A stretch of 63,643 bases of DNA, filler included, from Stramenopiles sp. TOSAG23-2 (Eukaryota): NCBI GenBank assembly GCA_900128395.1. It is 10 parts of 10 records of this genome, joined end to end, with 100 filler letters (N's around TTAATTAATTAA, not from the genome) between each part and the next. Parts side by side here need not be neighbours in the genome. Positions count along the whole stretch, not along the records: positions 38,032 to 45,520 come from LT650311.1; positions 45,621 to 53,105 come from LT650312.1; positions 53,206 to 60,690 come from LT650313.1; 7 more parts are not named here. One strand, given 5' to 3'. Positions 42,873 to 54,012 of the stretch are shown piece after piece; positions within the stretch are counted from its first letter, which is position 1, and every line of letters starts with the position of its first letter. The notes below the pieces were generated by a model. It had not been told where the DNA came from, ran no database searches, and worked only from the letters and a program-made list of their open reading frames with translations. The translations under genes were made by a program, and so were the position numbers.

Positions 42873-45290
42873 ATGAAAATAAAACGTCGTTCGATAATAA
42901 TGATAGAAAAAAAATTAATACTATGTTTCATTGCAATGATAATAATAATAATAACATCCATAGCATCAGCGGAAAATTACAATTGTGATGAAGATTTTAG
43001 GCGTTTAACATCAGCAGCTGCGCAACCAGGTGCATATGATGATCGTGATGCTGGTGAAGGTTTAATGTTGGATGTAAATCCTGGTAGTTCTGCAAAATCA
43101 AAAGTTGCATATGGTATAAAAGGCCCTGTTGGTCCACCAATACCAAATGCAGTTGACTTTCGTAAAATAGGAAATCAAAATAAAGATCAATTATTTCATT
43201 TACGTTCAAATTTGGAAATTCCAGATGAAGGAGAAATGACTGTACAAATTGATGTGAAAGATGATACTATCGTAGATCATTTAGAAGTAGATTTACGTGG
43301 TTTATATCACGAGCATGCAAGCGATTTAAAAATAACGTTGAAACATATATCAGAAGTTCACTCTCAACCAACTGTACCAACAAATACAACTCCGATTCAA
43401 ACGGAGGATCATGTAAAAAGTTTAGAATTTATAGATCATGCTGAATGTATATTAGTCAACCAAAGGCAAGGTAGTAAATTTTATGGAACACCAGATCCAC
43501 ATCCACATCCAAATATACCAACTTATTTGCCAGGTCAAGAATATCCAGAACCAAATCGTGTTAGAGGTGTTGGTTATAACTATTTATTTACAGATATCAA
43601 GGCAAAAAACATTGCATTTAATAAGACGGCGAAGCAAAGCTCAACGAAGTTTGGTGGCGTAGCATCAAAAGCAGTAGACGGGATTACGAATGGTCATTAT
43701 GCACAAGGCTCAGTTACACATACTGCGGGGCATAAAACACATGTAGTCAAGCCAGGATCACCAATACATGCAGTCGATCCAGAAGCATGGTGGCAAGTCG
43801 ACCTTGGTTCTACTCAACCAGTTGGTGGTATTAAATTATGGAATCGTATTCAAGAGGATAACGTGGATGAAGTTCAATTGATACGTACACATTCTGCTGG
43901 AGTATTAACTGGTAAATTTAAATTGTCATTTAATTATTCTGGTGTTGTATATACGACAGATTTCATATATCACAATGCAGTTGCAAAAATATCAGATGAA
44001 GTTCAAAATGGATTAGAAGGAAATGGAATTGGTGAATCCATGCAAGCAAAATTGCAAGGAGTGGCAGCTATCAACACGGTCCTAGTGGAAAGGACTCGCC
44101 ATATCAGTGTCACTGCCCCATCGAATGTCATGGCATATGATTGGACGGTTACATTTGTATCCGAACCCGGCAATTTAAATCAATTAGCAGTTGCACAAAA
44201 TTCATTATTGAGTCAAGGTGGTTCAATATCTACTGTTACAATTAGAAATGGAAATGCAAATGTATGGTATAATTATAAATATGGAATGGCATTAATAACA
44301 GGCCGTTTGACGCCAAGTTGGGTTCTGGTTTTAAATGAAGATGTTAATGCATCTAATTTAACATACGCGCGTTCAAAAGCACTTTGGGCAAAGCGGATTG
44401 CGGTCGATAAGCGAGAAACGGCTTTAACAATACGAACGCCGATACAAGCACGTTATATACGTATACAATTAGAAAGTACTAAAAGTGATGGATATTTATC
44501 ATTAGCGGAAGTACAAGTATTTCAAGAAGCAAGTTCGGAAATTCAACATTATCGCGGTGGTTCCCCGATAGTTGGCGGAACATATCAAAGCGAGGAAAGT
44601 TTAGATGAAAATTTCAGAGGAATGCGCGCACGTGGTTTATGGATTTTATCCATACGTGACCTTGTACGTAGAAATACGGTTGATACCATGGATAGCCGCC
44701 CGAGCTATGATGTTAACGGCCGTGGTGCAATTGATGATTGGACTTTAACAATACGTGATACAGAAAATAAAACAACAATATACCACATGGATATTTTTGC
44801 AGAAGTTAAAACACTTCCAACATATGGGCGTTTGTTTATTTACAATGAAAAGTGGAAAGCACGAGGGAAACAAATTGGATTTGTTAAAGGTCAACACCAA
44901 TTACTAGGGAATTGTTATGGTAATTGTAGAAATAAATTTTCAGTCGGAAATAAATTGTCCACTTTAATATCTGGAAGTATGGCAGATATTAATATATTAG
45001 ATACAAACCGTTATATTGTATATGCACCAAACCGTGATTTCTTAGGTATGGATACATTTTCATATACTATACGATTAGGTGTATTAGAAAGTAAAACAAC
45101 AGGTGTAGTTACGTTAGATACTCGCGTATGCAGGCAAAATTTCTGTTTAAATGAAGCATTTAGCGATGGTATTGGCTACATGCATCAACAATGGTATCGT
45201 AAAGAATTGGAATCATTATTATCGTCTTCACGTTTTGTTAGACAAGCAGAATTGTTGAGAACTATGAGACCAAGTGGTAGTAGATTGTAG
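42873..45290 (+). CDS. Secreted 805-aa protein: proprotein-convertase P-like domain, fucolectin (F5/8C) domain, EVQ-type beta repeat, cadherin/Big-like domain
   Basis: Signal peptide; IPDEG...H.HASDLKITL; NIAFNKTAKQSS...AVDG..THT...WWQVDLG; DEVQ...WTVTF; ARYIRIQL..LSLAEVQVF; F.G..ARG.W.L.I.D; YAPNRDFLGMDTFSY. Confidence 0.8.
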   Translation: MKIKRRSIIMIEKKLILCFIAMIIIIITSIASAENYNCDEDFRRLTSAAAQPGAYDDRDAGEGLMLDVNPGSSAKSKVAYGIKGPVGPPIPNAVDFRKIGNQNKDQLFHLRSNLEIPDEGEMTVQIDVKDDTIVDHLEVDLRGLYHEHASDLKITLKHISEVHSQPTVPTNTTPIQTEDHVKSLEFIDHAECILVNQRQGSKFYGTPDPHPHPNIPTYLPGQEYPEPNRVRGVGYNYLFTDIKAKNIAFNKTAKQSSTKFGGVASKAVDGITNGHYAQGSVTHTAGHKTHVVKPGSPIHAVDPEAWWQVDLGSTQPVGGIKLWNRIQEDNVDEVQLIRTHSAGVLTGKFKLSFNYSGVVYTTDFIYHNAVAKISDEVQNGLEGNGIGESMQAKLQGVAAINTVLVERTRHISVTAPSNVMAYDWTVTFVSEPGNLNQLAVAQNSLLSQGGSISTVTIRNGNANVWYNYKYGMALITGRLTPSWVLVLNEDVNASNLTYARSKALWAKRIAVDKRETALTIRTPIQARYIRIQLESTKSDGYLSLAEVQVFQEASSEIQHYRGGSPIVGGTYQSEESLDENFRGMRARGLWILSIRDLVRRNTVDTMDSRPSYDVNGRGAIDDWTLTIRDTENKTTIYHMDIFAEVKTLPTYGRLFIYNEKWKARGKQIGFVKGQHQLLGNCYGNCRNKFSVGNKLSTLISGSMADINILDTNRYIVYAPNRDFLGMDTFSYTIRLGVLESKTTGVVTLDTRVCRQNFCLNEAFSDGIGYMHQQWYRKELESLLSSSRFVRQAELLRTMRPSGSRL

Positions 45291-46037
45291 CGTGTGTGGT
45301 TGTGGCGAAAATGTAATAGAGAGAGATACTATTTTTTATATGATTCGTATAAAAAATAGATATATCTCTCAAAAATAAAATTTAATATTTTTTAAATATC
45401 ATATTATATTGCATAAATATAGGTTTTTTTGCTTTATCCCAAAGTTAGGCCTACGTTCGTATATTAGTTTTTACTGAAAGCAAATGATTTTATCTCGTGG
45501 ATTTTTGTTACAATACATTANNNNNNNNNNNNNNNNNNNNNNNNNNNNNNNNNNNNNNNNNNNNTTAATTAATTAANNNNNNNNNNNNNNNNNNNNNNNN
45601 NNNNNNNNNNNNNNNNNNNNGGTAATTAGAATACAACAAATTATAAATATAAAAATAGCATTGAATAGCACTGTTTTTACATATTACATTTCGTTCCACC
45701 TTCGCTGAGTTGATCAACTCCTGAAGGATGTTATCTATGCTATTCCATAGTGCTTTATTAGAATTGAAATAGCATCAAAAATTCCATTGTTTTAAGCAAG
45801 TGGCCAAAAACAGCCAATTCTTTTAGTCCCTCGAAGGTTAACCTATATATAGTCGTCTAGTCGTCTATAGCAGCTCATTATTTATGATGGGCTGTAGCAG
45901 GGAAGAACGAAGGGAATCGAGTAAGCCAGTAAGCATCATAGCAGCATAGATCTAGCCCCAGGCTAGCCAGGCTAGCAGGTTTTATATGTAGATTTATCAA
46001 GTCTATCAGGTATAATGGTATAGTCTTCATACATAGA

Positions 46038-46320
46038 GCAGGTATAGAGCAAGTAATAATGGTTAATAGTATAACAGGTATTATAGCAGGTATAGAGCAA
46101 GTAATAATGGTTAAGTATATAGCAAGTAATAATGGTTAATAGTATAACAGGTATATAGCAGGTACATAGCAAGTAATAATGGTTAATAGTATAACAGGTA
46201 TATAGCAGGTATAGAGCAAGTAATAATGGTTAATAGTATAACAGGTATATAGCAGGTATAGAGCAAGTAATAATGGTTAATAGTATAACAGGTATATAGC
46301 AGGTATATAGCAGGTATATT
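46038..46320. repeat. 47-bp minisatellite, ~6 copies (one truncated)
   Basis: Unit GCAAGTAATAATGGTTAATAGTATAACAGGTATATAGCAGGTATAGA starts at 46049, 46097 (25 bp), 46122, 46169, 46216 and 46263. Confidence 0.95.
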
Positions 46321-46926
46321 ATTCAATTTTCAGCAGCAGGTATTTAGCACTATATTTTTAATCCCTATTGTGTGCCTGTTAATATGTATGCGAGGTGTGA
46401 TGCTTACTGATTGTTATTCTACGTCCTGTGTTCATCGTAATACAAATTCTTTATATAATTTGATAGGTATTCTATTAAATTTTGATATAACATCTAAATA
46501 ACAGTTATATTTCTTATATTTATACTTGTTAGATTATGAAATGTCCTAAACTCCGATCCTCACCACCAATTCCACTCCATTCAATAAATTCAATACTGTG
46601 TAGTGTTATTTTACCAATTATTCATTATTCTATATACTAACAACTACAATATATTCTATCATCACGATCAAACCAAATTTAACTCGAAGATTATTTCGTT
46701 CATTCATTTTTTATCATTTTTTATCACTTTTCAGTTGTATACTACCAAGCCTGCATGCCTATTAGTTTCCACCTCATCAAAAATCAATCAAAAAACAACA
46801 AAAAAAAACACCAATAAAAATATCGAATAACATATATATATAGTAGACAATACAAAGAGTGACAAGACGTAAAACATCTAAACAAGTTTTGATAAGAACA
46901 ACTAACCAACAAATTCAAACAATATC

Positions 46927-47370
46927 ATGTCTGACGCACCAAAAAAAAGACGTACCTTCCGTAAATTTACCTTCCGTGGTATCGATTTGGAACAATTATT
47001 ACAACTTAGTACCAATGAATTAAGAGACCAATTAACGGCACGTGCACGTCGTAGGTTTAAACGTGGCGTACCACCAAAATACAATCGTTTAGTACGTAAA
47101 TTACGTGCATCCAAAAGAGCTGCTGCAGCAGTTGGACCGCATGAAATCCCAGCACCAGTAAAAACACATTTACGTGACATGATCATCATGCCAGACATGA
47201 TTGGTAGTGTTGCTGCTGTATACAACGGAAAACATTTTAACATTGTACCTATTAAACCAGAAATGGTCGGTAGATATTTGGCAGAATTTTCAATTACTTA
47301 CAAACCAGTTGGTCACGGTAGACCAGGTATTGGCGCAACTAATTCAAGTCGTTTCATCCCATTAGCTTAA
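46927..47370 (+). CDS. RPS15: 40S ribosomal protein S15 (uS19)
   Basis: [20 protein letters not shown]...[15 protein letters not shown]...[27 protein letters not shown]. Confidence 0.98.
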   Translation: MSDAPKKRRTFRKFTFRGIDLEQLLQLSTNELRDQLTARARRRFKRGVPPKYNRLVRKLRASKRAAAAVGPHEIPAPVKTHLRDMIIMPDMIGSVAAVYNGKHFNIVPIKPEMVGRYLAEFSITYKPVGHGRPGIGATNSSRFIPLA

Positions 47371-47985
47371 ATTAAATTTAATAAAGAAAATAAAAAGTAA
47401 AAATACAAATAGTAGTAGTTAGATATACCAATGATAAATGTATAAAAATGAATAACAAAAAACGTGTATTGTAGTGTAGATTTGTATATATATACAAATG
47501 GAAGGTTTTTTTCTTAGAATGGTTGATATATAGTATGTATATATTATATATATACTAGAAGAAGAGGTCAAAGAAGAAGAAGAAGAAGAGCAATATGTTG
47601 TGTGAAAATGATAGTGAATGTATAGATCTCTGTGTGTGTGTGTGATATTACTTACAATAGTAGTAGTACATCCTTCATAGATCGTCATATATATACATCA
47701 AGATCATATCAAAAACACCAACATAAAAACATGCGATTCCACAAATTTTTGAATTAGATTCTTTTAATGTGACCGCTTTCAATAGTAAAATTCAACGTGA
47801 GAGAGAAAAGGGAATTACTTTTAAAACCATCCGAATACACACTCTTAGTAAGATATTTTTATATATTTTATAAAATAAATATAATATATTGTATATACCT
47901 GCGTTGTTACACCACTCATCGAGAGAAACATTTTCACAATTCCCTCTGCAAATACACTTTTACCTATCATATATCATAATATACA

Positions 47986-48806
47986 CTACATACCATTATC
48001 ACCACCACCATCAATCTCCCCTAATGACATACGTTTAATACCTTTCACCAAGACTGAATTGTAAAATTTTAAACGTGTATTTTCATTTTCCATTTTTTGT
48101 CGAAATTCATCATTTTCCGCAACAACATCTAATGCTACGTTTAAACTACGTGGTTGTTTTATGTTCTCCATCATCCTCGTAGTATCCTTATCTTGTTTCT
48201 TATCATTATTACTTGAACTTAAACGAATACTTCCATCATGTTTTGATTTCCTTCCACCTGATGTACTATTAATTGATGAAATATCTAATGTTATCATAGG
48301 TGTAGCATCGAAATTTATCTTCTTACTGCTATCCATCACTGAAGAAGAACTAGCATTACTACTACAACTACTAGATCCTAAACTATTTTCAATCACTTCA
48401 TCAATATTTTTCATCAAACTATCATTTGATTTCACACTAATATTTGAACTACCAAGGCTATTACTACTATTACTACTACCATTACTTTCACCAAATGTAG
48501 TATCATCCATCGTTAAATCTAATTCATTTTTTAATTTTCCACTTAACTCGGCTGCATATCGTTGTATTTTCACAGCTAATGGTGTATATGCGCCATATGG
48601 TGTTAAATTTGCATAGGAATCATCATGTGATGATGATGTACTACTATCCATTGAATCATCTAATGATGTTTTAGGTGGTGTTGATTTCGATTTTGGAGAA
48701 CCAAACATATTCATTGGTTCACTTTTACGACGTTTTTTATTTTTTCGTTTCTTTTTTTCTCTTTCTATACTATTATTATTATTAGTAGTAGTATTAGTAG
48801 TAGTCG

Positions 48807-48841
<35 letters not shown>

Positions 48842-51800
48842 GAATCATTTTCATCATCGTCGTAGTAGTCATCATCACGATCACCTGGTAATAATCCATG
48901 TCGATTATAAATATTAATAGGATGTGGTGGTGTTTGTGCACGTACTAATTGATTTGAACCAATGAAACCGATGGATATATTTGATAATTCTTCATCTACA
49001 TCTTCATCTTTATTATTATTATTATTATTATTACTACAGCTAGTATTAGTACGATTCTTTAATTGCAACAATTGATAATCGTATTGATCTGTTTTCGTTG
49101 CAAGTTCTTCTTGTGTTTTTTGTAACAAACTTTCCGTTAATCGATATTCATCTTTAATTTTTTGAATATTTTGTTTTGAATAACTTAATTCTTTCTTTAA
49201 ACGACGTATTTCAGATTCAAATTCATACGTATCCGATGTATGTTGATTTACCATCTCATCACGTTTTTCAATCAATTCTTGAATTTTCGTTTCTTTCAAT
49301 TCAATTAAATCTTTTTGACTTTGCATTGCAGTACGGAAATATAATGTTGATTTTTTTTCATCCACAATTTGTTTTTCTAATGTTTTAAGATATTCATCAT
49401 CATCATCACTAGTTGAATTTGTATCTTCTAAAGCATTTGTATCGACTTGACTCATTTGATCATTATGTTCCATTTTATTTGTTTGTAAATTTGAATCACT
49501 TGTATCAATACTTGGTGTTTGTATTTCTTCATCTTGCTGTTGCATCTTTACTGTTTGTGTATAAATATTCTTGGATAAAACTAGTTTTTGTACGGTAGAC
49601 GATGAATTTTCAGCAACATCTTCCATATACATTAAAAATCCTTCATCTTGTTCATTTTTACATTCATCAATTTGATCTTGTAAATTATGAATTTCCATGT
49701 CTTTCTTTTCAATGTTTTCCTTATACGTAGCAACTTCTAAAACATATGCTTTGATTTTCATACCATGTCGATTAGTTATATTATTGAATTTTTCATGATG
49801 AATTTTATCATTTTCTACTATACTTTCTTTCAATGTTTTTTTATGTTTTAACGCCATATCTTTCATTTTTGCTTCATAATCGTTTTTGCACGTGTTTAAC
49901 ATATTACGATGATTATTTAAATCTTCCATTAACATTTTCATCTTTTCCATTTGAATGGCTGCATTGTTATTTCCTTTACTTGCCATTTCTTTCAATGCTT
50001 CTTCCATCAATGCATTATCATTTTCCATTGTTTTCACTTGTGCAATTGCATTTTGATATTTTTCATCTAAATCTACTAATTGTTGATTTTGTTCTTTATA
50101 TTTCATTTTCATTCCTTCCATTGTTTCAATTGATTTAGAATTTTGTTGCTGCAATCCATTGTTTGTCGTTTCTAACGTTTCATATTTATCATGTAACTTT
50201 GTATATTCTGTTTTCAACGCTTCCATCGTTTCTATTGATTTAGAATTTTGCTCTTCTAACGTTTTACACAATGTTTCCAATTTATGATATTTTTCATTCT
50301 GTTCAGCATATTCCACTTTCAACACTTCCATTGTTTGTAATGAGTTAGAATTTTGCTCTTCTAACGTTTTATATAATGTTTCCAATTTATGATATTTTTC
50401 ATTCTGTTCAGCATATTCTATTTTCATCACTTCCATCGTTTGTATTGAGTTAGAATTTTGCTCTTCTAAATCGGTACATAATTTAGTACTTTCCATAAAT
50501 TTCGTATTTAATGTATTGTAACTTTTGAAATATTCGATATTGATTTCTTTTAATTTCGATTCTAATTCATTGCATTTCATTACTTTTTGTTCTAATTGTT
50601 CATTATAAGATATTTTCAATTTATCCAACGTTTTTTGTTCGATCAATTTCAAATTCGTTGTTAATGCATTCATTTCCTCCTTCCGATTTTCTTGATCATT
50701 GACATTACGTGCTAATAAATCATTATACATCATATCTTTTTGCTCAAGATTTGTTTGCAATTCATGTATTTTTTCATCGCGTTTTGTAATTTTATTTGTC
50801 AATTTATGTATTGCATTTGCTTTTTGTGCTAAATCAGCTTTGACATTTGTAATAGATTTATGTACCATTTCTTTCAAATCATTGCAATTCTTCGTTTTCG
50901 TTTGCAATTGTTTGTTCAATGTTTCGATTGATTTATTGTACATTGTTACAGTTGATTCTAATTCCATTTTTAATTCATCGTATTGTTGTTGTTGAATTTG
51001 GATGGTTGCATTATTATTCTTATCATCGTTTGCTTTGGTTGCGTTGTTATCATTTGCAACTGCATTTTCATTTTTATTTCTCTCCTTCTCCTCTGCTAAT
51101 TGTTCTTTCAATGCCATGACAACTTCGTTTTCCTCTTTCAATCGATTGTTAATTACTTCAAGTGCTTGATTTAATTCAAAAGTTGTATCATCAAATTCCT
51201 GTTCTTGTTTTGTAAGTTGTTGTTTCAATGTTTCAACGGATTGTTTTTCTAATCCAAGTTGGTTATTTAATGAAGCAATTGTAGTTAATTTCGTTTGTAA
51301 CGTATTGTTTACTACGTTAACATCATTTTCCAATGATGAAATAGTATTATTCAATTCAATTGTTTTTGTATCTAAAACATTAGAAATATTATCATATTTG
51401 GATGTTATGACATTTATATCTTGTGTTAATTTATCATTTGTACTAGTTAATTCATCAACTTTATAAGTTGCAGATTGCAATTTTTTCAACACACTATCAT
51501 ATTTAAATGTAATATTTTTCACATTTGTTTGTAGGATAGATATCGTTTCTGTTATTTGTTTGCTATCGTCATCGTTTGTAGTTGTTGTACTATTTATCGT
51601 CGTCGTATTATTATTATTATTATGACTTTCTGCTAAATCATCAAACCATTTCGATTTAATAGCTTCTAATTCATTTTGTAAACTAATATTTTCTGCACTT
51701 AAATCAGTTATTGTAAAATCTTTTTCTTGAATGACGCTATGAACTTTTTTCAATTTTTTTTGTAAACGATTCATTTCTTCCTGTATACCAATTAATTTAC

Positions 51801-53105
51801 TTTGATTATTATTATTATTATGACTGGTTTTTGTTACTTCTACTACTACTGGTGCAGCAACTTTTGTTATTATCATCGTATTTGTACTTGCATTTGCAAC
51901 TTGACGTTCTTTTACTAATTTTTGAATTGTATTTGTACCAATATTATTCGTACTAACTTGTTGTACATTATTATTATTATGATTCGTTTGAGCAACAACA
52001 AGAGCAACTTTTAATTTTCCTTTTAATTCATCATTTTCTTTCATACATTCTTGTAAATCAGTTTGTACTTGTCGTAATTCAATTTCACATGAATCAAATA
52101 ATTTCTTCATTTCATTATATGCATTTGTAGAATCTTGTTTATTTACGATATGAACTTCATCTGTTTCAGTAGAGTGATCAATTGTGTTTGATAGTAATAT
52201 AGTTTGTGTAAACATATCACTAGTAGAAACTGTTGCTTGTTCTATTGTTGCATATGTATTATCAATTTTCTTCATTGATTCAATTACTTGTATATTTATC
52301 TCACATTGATCACATGGTTTATCTCTCGTTGCAATATCATTATTATTAATATCATTATTACTATTGTTAGCACTTGCTAAATTAACAATATTTTCTTTTA
52401 ATGTTTGATTTTCTTGATACAACAAATCGATTTGTTTTTGTGCATAATTTGTTTGATCATTCATTTTTGATTTAATATTTAAAATTTCTTGATGTAATTT
52501 ATTATTTTCTTCCATTATTAATTTAGAATCGTATTTTTCTTGTTGTTGTTGTTGTTGTTGTTGTCTCCGTGTCGTATTTGATAGTTTACCATCGTAGTCG
52601 TTGGTATTGTCATTGTCCATATCATCATTATTATGCAAATGTTCCACTAAATATTGATTTGAAATATCTAATTCATCTTGTAATTTATTTACTTGCAATG
52701 ATTTTGTTTTTAATTCAAATTTCAATTCTTTTTCTACCGTTTGAAAATGTTCCATGATTTCTTTTTTACTGTTTTTAATAGTAGAAATTTCTTTATTCAT
52801 CATGTTTTCAATTAAATGTTTATCCGCAATGGTTTTATTTTTCATCTCTTCTAAACTACGTATTTGTTTCATATATGATGTATTTAATGCTTGTAAATCT
52901 TTTTTCTCGCGTGTTGTTTCTCGTAATTTACATTTCAATTCATTTATTTCATTTGTTAATGATAAACATTCATTAGAAGTCGTTTTAATAATATCTATGC
53001 TATCGACGTATTTGTGCTCCAACTGTTCCAATGTATTTTCATATGTTATCTTATCATTTGATATACGATATGTTTTTTCACTTAATTGCATCATTTCCGC
53101 TTCCA
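47986..53105 (-). CDS. Giant coiled-coil protein (>1700 aa), 5'-truncated, with an internal 35-aa repeat and N/S/D-rich tail
   Basis: Uninterrupted ORF to the contig edge, heptad-rich; LEEQNSxSxxTMExxKxEY repeated about 4 times (~50090-50470). Confidence 0.8.
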
Positions 53106-53205
53106 NNNNNNNNNNNNNNNNNNNNNNNNNNNNNNNNNNNNNNNNNNNNTTAATTAATTAANNNNNNNNNNNNNNNNNNNNNNNNNNNNNNNNNNNNNNN
53201 NNNNN

Positions 53206-53569
53206 CAAGCAGATTTACCATTATTATTAGGATGGTATGCAGAAGATGTAAGTTCTTATATAGTCATGGTATATATAAAGTTTATAAAATAATATCTCTC
53301 TTTCTCTCTCTAACAACAATATATTATAGGTAACAAGGTTGGTTGAAAAAGAAGTTAAAAGTTCAGAACGTATGATACGAAATAAATATCCTGAAGCTGC
53401 ACATATTGAATTAGAGCCAGATAGTAAAGATAAACATTTACCAGCATATGCAACTACAGCAGAGAAAAATGAACGGGAAGATATGCGACGTGCGATGTTT
53501 GATGTACAACGATTGGTGAAAAAAATTGAACATGAAAAACGACGTGGTGGTGGTGATGGGGGAGATTGA
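53206..53569 (+). CDS. 3' end of a probable cation diffusion facilitator (ZnT9/SLC30A9-like), exons 53206-53247 and 53330-53569
   Basis: The 82-bp intron GTAAGT...CTAAC...TATAG splices to QADLPLLLGWYAED|VTRLVEKEVKSSERMIRNKYPEAAHIELEPD, resembling the ZnT9/MTP C-terminus (EV..xE..I....P...HxxxE). Confidence 0.6.
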
Positions 53570-54012
53570 TGGATTGAGTCAATATTTGACTCATGTGACT
53601 TGTGACTTGTGATTGAGGATTTTGAGCTGGGTGAGCAAGTAGGACTTTGCCATCTATGCACTTGATTTTAGTAATGAACCTCCTCGGTCGGCCATTAAAA
53701 ATTTTAAATAAACCACTCTGGTTCGTAATTACTTTAAAAAAAAGTTCGGGTCGTATGTCGTATGATAAGCAACATAATTTAGTAAAAATTTTACTCGTAT
53801 CATAGTATAGTACAATTTAGAACCTTAAAAATATATTCGTATATATTATTATGTTAATAAAATGTTAAAATATGTGGTGTCGTGGTGTCGTAGGTCGTAG
53901 AGACACTCAAAACTCAGACCTCAGGACCACACTCTCTCTCCACTCTCCCAGGAGTTCTCTCTCTTCACTTTTTTTTCCCTACGAAATTCGTACTTTTTTT
54001 TCACAATCTATT

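Noticed and set aside
45621-45841. Possible piggyBac terminus (..GTCCCTCGAAGG|TTAA)
   Set aside because: Only one end is visible, with no partner TIR or transposase.
46038-46320. Possible CRISPR array
   Set aside because: Units are contiguous with no unique spacers, there are no cas genes, and the context is eukaryotic.
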